Shown one piece after another: positions 59,169 to 64,000 of a stretch of DNA of 64,000 nucleotides. Numbering within the stretch: the first letter of the stretch is position 1; every line of letters starts with the position of its first letter. Source of the stretch: Prevotella sp. (GTDB lineage Bacteria > Bacteroidota > Bacteroidia > Bacteroidales > Bacteroidaceae); the NCBI GenBank assembly GCA_045617965.1, contig JAZLJQ010000014.1:21443-85442 (forward strand). Reading direction: 5' to 3'. Made by a program: the position numbers and the translations under genes. The notes under the pieces are model-generated. The model had not been told where the DNA came from, searched no databases, and worked only from the letters and a program-made list of their open reading frames with translations.

Positions 59169-59354
59169 TGTTTTAGTGGGTTAATTATTGATTATTTAGT
59201 TTTTCTATTTGCAAAAATACAATTTTATTTCTTAATTATTATAGGTATGTTCAATAAATTATATTGAGATGATTTAAAGAGAAATCGTTTTGATGAGATG
59301 TAAATTTTGTTTGTTTAATTATTAGTATCTATATTTGCATTTCACAAATTATAA

Positions 59355-60074
59355 GTGCCTGCTCTTTGTGAAATGTGGCTAGAAATAAATTACGAAGGAT
59401 ATGGTGAATATATTAGTAGTAAGAAAATAATTGTATTAGTGGAACGCATACGCTTTTTTATTGTCTTATGTCTTTATATGCCACTTTGTGCAAGAGCGCA
59501 AAATGTGGTGCATGCGGAAGATAAGCCTGTAGACATGGATTCGCCGACATTTGTGCCTATGGTGCGAGTGGGTAAGTATCTTGAAGGCAATGATAGCATA
59601 CAATATGTAGAGATGAATAATGTTTATGTTTTCCCAAAAATGACATTTTCATCAAAAAAAGAAAAACAAAAGTACGATAAAATCGTATATAATGTGAAAA
59701 AGGTGCTTCCACTAGCAAAAGAGGCAAAAGCCATAATTATAGAAACCTACGAATATATGCAGATGTTACCGAGTAAAAAAGAGCGTGATGCACATATAAA
59801 GTATGTGGAAAAAAGTGTTAAAAAAGAATATACACCACGAATCAAACGGTTATCATACTCACAAGGAAAGATATTAATAAAGCTCATCTATCGAGAGTGT
59901 AACTCTACATCATACGATATCATAAAGGCATTCCTAGGTCCATTGCGCGCTGCTTTTTGGCAGACATTCGCAAGTGTTTTTGGAGCTAACTTGAAGAAAG
60001 AGTTTGATTCTAACGATCCTGAAGATAAGATGATTGAGCGTGCTGTGCTGCTTGTTGAAGCAGGACAACTATAA
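59355..60074 (+). CDS. DUF4294 family protein
   Basis: YNVKKVLPLAK, QGKILIKLIYRE, FWQTFASVFGANLK. Start uncertain. Confidence 0.75.
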   Translation: MPALCEMWLEINYEGYGEYISSKKIIVLVERIRFFIVLCLYMPLCARAQNVVHAEDKPVDMDSPTFVPMVRVGKYLEGNDSIQYVEMNNVYVFPKMTFSSKKEKQKYDKIVYNVKKVLPLAKEAKAIIIETYEYMQMLPSKKERDAHIKYVEKSVKKEYTPRIKRLSYSQGKILIKLIYRECNSTSYDIIKAFLGPLRAAFWQTFASVFGANLKKEFDSNDPEDKMIERAVLLVEAGQL

Positions 60075-61125
60075 GAGTTCCGCCAACAGCACGTAGCACA
60101 TTACGATCGATAGCGTCCATAGTGTCATGAGTGGTGTGCCATGTCGGTCCAAACCCACTTTGTTGACAATTAGGATAATAGGAAATAATATCAATTGTAG
60201 GTATTCCCATAATCTCATTTATAGGCTTATGGTCATCTGTAACAATCGCACCAGGCGCATTGATGAAGTAAGCATCATTACCTATGGTAGTAGCAAGTTC
60301 CCATACGTTATCAACAACCCATGAAGCATAATGGTCGGAAAGTTGTTCGCGATAGAAATGCGCATCTTTGCCACCGACCATATCCAATAAGATACCAAAC
60401 TCAGCGCGATAACTTTCTATATGAGGATTTTTTGCCCAATATTGGGCACCAAGGGCCCAACTACTCTCATCTTCATCAATGCCGAAATCTTCGGCATCAA
60501 TACAAATGAAATCTATACCAAAATCTGCAGGAAGAAGTGATGAATCAATTTTTGCGATGAGTGTAAGTGTTCGTGCTATTTCTATCATCACAGCAACTCC
60601 TGATGCACCATCATTAGCACCCATTACAGGCTTTTTGCGATTGCTTTTTATAGGGTCATTATCAGCCCATGGGCGACTATCCCAATGAGCGCAAAGAAGT
60701 ATGCGTGTTTCTGCTTGTGGATGTATACTTGCAATGATATTTCGACTTTTTAAAATAGTTCCATCGAATGCTTTGAGTTCACATGGTTGCTCAATGACGG
60801 TACATCCGTATTCTTTATACTTATTAGCAATATAATCACCACAAGCATCATGAGCAGGAGTATTCATTACACGCGGTCCAAAACTGCATTGTTTCTCACA
60901 AAAAGAAAAAGCACTATCGCTATTAAAAAGAGATGCATTTTTTATAGATACACTATCAATTTCTATAACATTATCCTTATTTGTAGATCCAATTATATCG
61001 GCTTGACGGAGAGGATAATAATAGAAAAAAACAGGTGCAACAATAATGATTACACAAGTTCCCCATATCCAAAACTTGCGATTTGCCTTATTTCTTTTAA
61101 GTTTTTTATCATCTAATATTCTCAT
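60010..61125 (-). CDS. M28-family peptidase / glutaminyl-peptide cyclotransferase
   Basis: FGPRV, CAHWDSRPWAD, GANDGASGV, DAEDFG, LLDMVG, DDH, WHT. Confidence 0.9.
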   Translation of the reverse strand: MRILDDKKLKRNKANRKFWIWGTCVIIIVAPVFFYYYPLRQADIIGSTNKDNVIEIDSVSIKNASLFNSDSAFSFCEKQCSFGPRVMNTPAHDACGDYIANKYKEYGCTVIEQPCELKAFDGTILKSRNIIASIHPQAETRILLCAHWDSRPWADNDPIKSNRKKPVMGANDGASGVAVMIEIARTLTLIAKIDSSLLPADFGIDFICIDAEDFGIDEDESSWALGAQYWAKNPHIESYRAEFGILLDMVGGKDAHFYREQLSDHYASWVVDNVWELATTIGNDAYFINAPGAIVTDDHKPINEIMGIPTIDIISYYPNCQQSGFGPTWHTTHDTMDAIDRNVLRAVGGTLIVVLLQQAAQHAQSSYLQDR

Positions 61126-61196
61126 TGCTCACTTAGATTTTTTATTAGCCTATTGGGAATGTAAAATGAAAGTTTACAACCTATATAACTTACAGG

Positions 61197-62921
61197 TCAA
61201 TTGCATTTTATTCCAAAAGCTTGTACTTCATCCATTATGCGAAGGAAATTGCGCCCCCAAATACCTTCAATGTCCTCAATAGAATAGCGACGAAGAAGTA
61301 AATGTCTTGTAAAGTTCAGCATCTCAGAAGAGTCGGCGAGACCACTTATCCCTCCATCACCATCAAAGTCAGTGCCCAAACCAACATGTTCTATGCCCAT
61401 GATTTTTACAGCATGATCAAGATGATCCATAAGGTCAATGATTGATGCTTCACCATCCTTTTTCAAGAATCCACAATATGCAGTAACTTGCATCACTCCT
61501 CCAGCCTTTGCCAAAGCATACATCTGTTCATCAGTAAGATTTCGTGGATGATCGCAGAGAGCACGGCATGAAGAATGGCTACACACTATTGGCGTTTTAC
61601 TCATTTGAATAGCATCAAAAAAACTTTTTTCGCTGGCATGTGAAAGATCAACCATAACACCACAGGCGTTCATCTCTTCGATTATTTTCTCACCTAGTAG
61701 GCTGATGCCATTATGAGTGTTTTCTCCACGAGCACTATCACAGATATCATTGTCGCCATTGTGACAAAGAGTGATATAAACTACACCACGATTAGCAAAA
61801 TGATGAACATTAGAAGTATTTCCGTCAAGTGCTTTCCCATTTTCAATTCCTAGCATTATAGACTTCAGTCCTTCTCGTTTATTTAGGTAAAGTTCTGTTG
61901 GCGTGCGTGCTATGCGTATATATTTACTATTAGCATCAACCATGGCTTCTATTTTATCTAAAATATTATCAGCATAAGTCTTGCCAATGTCCTGCTTTTG
62001 AGAAAGATATGCCACTAGGATGGAAGCATCATGTCGCCCGTCTTCCATCTTATGAAGATCAACAAGAATCCTACTATCACGATGTGAAAAATCAATATTC
62101 TGTGGGAAGAACATAGGTGTATCACAATGAGTGTCAAGTGTCAGCACTTTTTCATGTATAGTCTTCTGTTGGCTAAAAAGGTCGGCTTGACGGATTAACC
62201 AATCAAATATGACTGCACCACTTTCAAGACATTCAGGATGCCATTGTACTCCCATAATAGGCTTATGCTCAATACTCTCAACGGCTTCAATAATGCCATC
62301 TGCAGATGTCGCAGTAACCTTAAGTTTGGTACCAGCATCACAGACGGCTTGATGATGGAACGAATTCACATCTATGCGATTCTTTTTATAGATAGAAAAT
62401 AGTTCTGAGTTAGCAACGATGCCGACACTATGGCTCTCGCAGTGACGACTTAAATCTTGGGAATGTTTCAGTACACCATAAATATGGTTGATATCTTGAT
62501 GTATTTTACCACCAAGCACCAATGTCAGCACCTGTATGCCTCGGCAAATGCCGAGAATAGGAATTTGTCTGTTATATGCCAATTGAACTGCGAGTATTTC
62601 TGGCAAATCACGCTCGGCATTAATAGAATGTAACATACGAGACGGCTCTTCGCCAAAGTAGCGTGGATTAACATCACCGCCACCGCTAAGTAATAGTCCA
62701 TCAACATGCTTAAGAGTTGAAATAATAACATCTGTATCTTCTGATGGAGGGATTATTATAGGTACACCACCTGCTTTTATTACCGATTTATAATAAGGTG
62801 TAGCCAATTCACACCCCTTATCTCCAAAATTACCTGTTATACCGATAACGGGACGTTTCCTTCCTTCAGGAAACACCCCGTATATCTCTGTAAGCCGTTT
62901 ATTCCAATCGAATCCGACCAT
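61197..62921 (-). CDS. Fusion of peptidase C26 (gamma-glutamyl hydrolase-type GATase) and membrane dipeptidase M19
   Basis: N-half SGGGD, GICRG, NSFHHQA, VQWHPE. C-half DTHCD, GIEN, VDLSH, SHS, HPRN, GTDFDG. Confidence 0.9.
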   Translation of the reverse strand: MVGFDWNKRLTEIYGVFPEGRKRPVIGITGNFGDKGCELATPYYKSVIKAGGVPIIIPPSEDTDVIISTLKHVDGLLLSGGGDVNPRYFGEEPSRMLHSINAERDLPEILAVQLAYNRQIPILGICRGIQVLTLVLGGKIHQDINHIYGVLKHSQDLSRHCESHSVGIVANSELFSIYKKNRIDVNSFHHQAVCDAGTKLKVTATSADGIIEAVESIEHKPIMGVQWHPECLESGAVIFDWLIRQADLFSQQKTIHEKVLTLDTHCDTPMFFPQNIDFSHRDSRILVDLHKMEDGRHDASILVAYLSQKQDIGKTYADNILDKIEAMVDANSKYIRIARTPTELYLNKREGLKSIMLGIENGKALDGNTSNVHHFANRGVVYITLCHNGDNDICDSARGENTHNGISLLGEKIIEEMNACGVMVDLSHASEKSFFDAIQMSKTPIVCSHSSCRALCDHPRNLTDEQMYALAKAGGVMQVTAYCGFLKKDGEASIIDLMDHLDHAVKIMGIEHVGLGTDFDGDGGISGLADSSEMLNFTRHLLLRRYSIEDIEGIWGRNFLRIMDEVQAFGIKCN

Positions 62922-62957
62922 GTTATATGATTTTATGTTTTTTGATAAAATCTGTTT

Positions 62958-63431
62958 TTATACTTTATCTATTGGAAATTCACGCATGATGTTCTGTTCA
63001 AAAGAAATGAATGTCTCTGTTGAAACAACACCAGGAATTTGATATACCTTTTCACGAAGAATATTTACAAGATGCTCATTATCTTGTGCATAAATCTTCA
63101 TCAATAAGGCATAAGGACCTGTAGTAAAGTGACATTCTACAATTTCAGGAATTTTTTGCAATTCTGTAATGACAGTTTTTTGTGTCTTCCCACTTTTAAG
63201 TTGTATGCCAATATAAGCGCAAGTGAGATAGCCTACACTTTTTGGATTGACAATGAACATACTGCCCAAAATTATACCTTCATCTATCATGCGTTGAACA
63301 CGCTGATGCACAGCTGCTCTTGACACTCCGCATTGTTCTGCAACATCCTTAAATGGTGTGCGCGCACTTTTCGATAAAATGTTTAGAATCTGACGGTCGA
63401 GGTTGTCTATCTTTTGATTTCCTTTAGCCAT
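62958..63431 (-). CDS. Lrp/AsnC family transcriptional regulator
   Basis: LDRQIL..ARTPFKDVAEQCGVSRAAVHQRV HTH and ECHFTTG RAM domain. Confidence 0.93.
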   Translation of the reverse strand: MAKGNQKIDNLDRQILNILSKSARTPFKDVAEQCGVSRAAVHQRVQRMIDEGIILGSMFIVNPKSVGYLTCAYIGIQLKSGKTQKTVITELQKIPEIVECHFTTGPYALLMKIYAQDNEHLVNILREKVYQIPGVVSTETFISFEQNIMREFPIDKV

Positions 63432-63436
63432 ATTAT

Positions 63437-64000
63437 TTAGTCTTTTTTTACTTTTATAGAAACAAGTTCTACGTCAAAAATCAATGTACTATAAGGAGGG
63501 ATCTCTCCTGTCTCGCGTTCACCATAAGCCAATTCTTGTGGAATAAATAGTTGCCACTTACTGCCGACAGGCATCATCGTAAGAGCTTCTGTCCATCCTT
63601 TGATTACTTGTGAAGGTGTAAACTCTGTAGTTTGCGGATTGCGTTTGTAACTTGAGTCAAAAACATTGCCATTGATTAAGCGTCCTTCATATTTCACTAT
63701 ACAAGTATCGTCTTTTGTAGGAATTGCTCCATTACCTTTGACTAGAACTTTATATTGTAAACCTGAAGGAAGGACTTTTATGCCCTTTGTTTTGGCATTC
63801 TTCTCTAAAAAATCTGCACCTTCTTTCTTCGTTGCTGCAATTTGTGCTTCACGAATTTCCATCACCCTGTGATGGAAATAACTTATGGCAGAATCTTTTA
63901 TTAAAACACTTTCGTCGCCTTTCAGTAATGCGATAACTCCTTGGTAAAATATAGATTCATTGAAACAATCTTTTAGATCACTTTTTATAGCAGGAATAGT
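63437..64000 (-). CDS. FKBP-type peptidyl-prolyl isomerase (partial, 5' end outside the window)
   Basis: LPSGLQY, YEGRL..G.VFDSS, VIKGWTEAL, LAYG, IPPYSTLIFDVEL. The frame stays open to position 64000. Confidence 0.93.
   Translation of the reverse strand, partial: TIPAIKSDLKDCFNESIFYQGVIALLKGDESVLIKDSAISYFHHRVMEIREAQIAATKKEGADFLEKNAKTKGIKVLPSGLQYKVLVKGNGAIPTKDDTCIVKYEGRLINGNVFDSSYKRNPQTTEFTPSQVIKGWTEALTMMPVGSKWQLFIPQELAYGERETGEIPPYSTLIFDVELVSIKVKKD

Overview
An AT-rich Bacteroidales (Prevotella-like) chromosomal window. The assignment rests on TAnnTTTG promoters, a SusC/SusD pair and Bacteroidota-type gene neighbourhoods. Core genes: partial mutL, sdhCAB/frdCAB, argS, rnhA, cobB, a Na/Pi cotransporter, nadA, an orphan susCD pair, a lipid-synthesis-like cluster (SDR, PAP2, acyltransferase, GNAT) with dgt, GH141-like and GH31 glycosidases, wbqC, a MetH-activation-domain gene, tRNA-Leu(UAA), comM, a ComEA-like HhH barrel, yraN, korAB, an ECF sigma/anti-sigma pair, rnr, TPM/lemA, upp, pckA, a GPH-transporter catabolic operon, two peptidases, asnC/lrp and a partial FKBP. 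Most notable: (1) a 7.7-kb AraC-headed, co-directional, cassette-like accessory gene array between comM/comEA-like and yraN, with recurring junction motifs, gene stubs and repeat elements at both borders but no integrase; (2) a roughly 3-5 kb zone of extreme adenine depletion around tRNA-Leu that appears to have reshaped protein composition; (3) a candidate sRNA of about 230 nt divergent from susC with complementarity to its leader; (4) a GH141-GH31-B12-reactivation linkage suggesting O-methyl-sugar demethylation; (5) an uncharacterised GPH/FMN-dehydrogenase/TIM-barrel/SDR operon; (6) an RNase R apparently lacking its cold-shock domains. No CRISPR array, transposase, integrase or rRNA was seen. 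All family calls come from motif recognition by eye; no searches were run.
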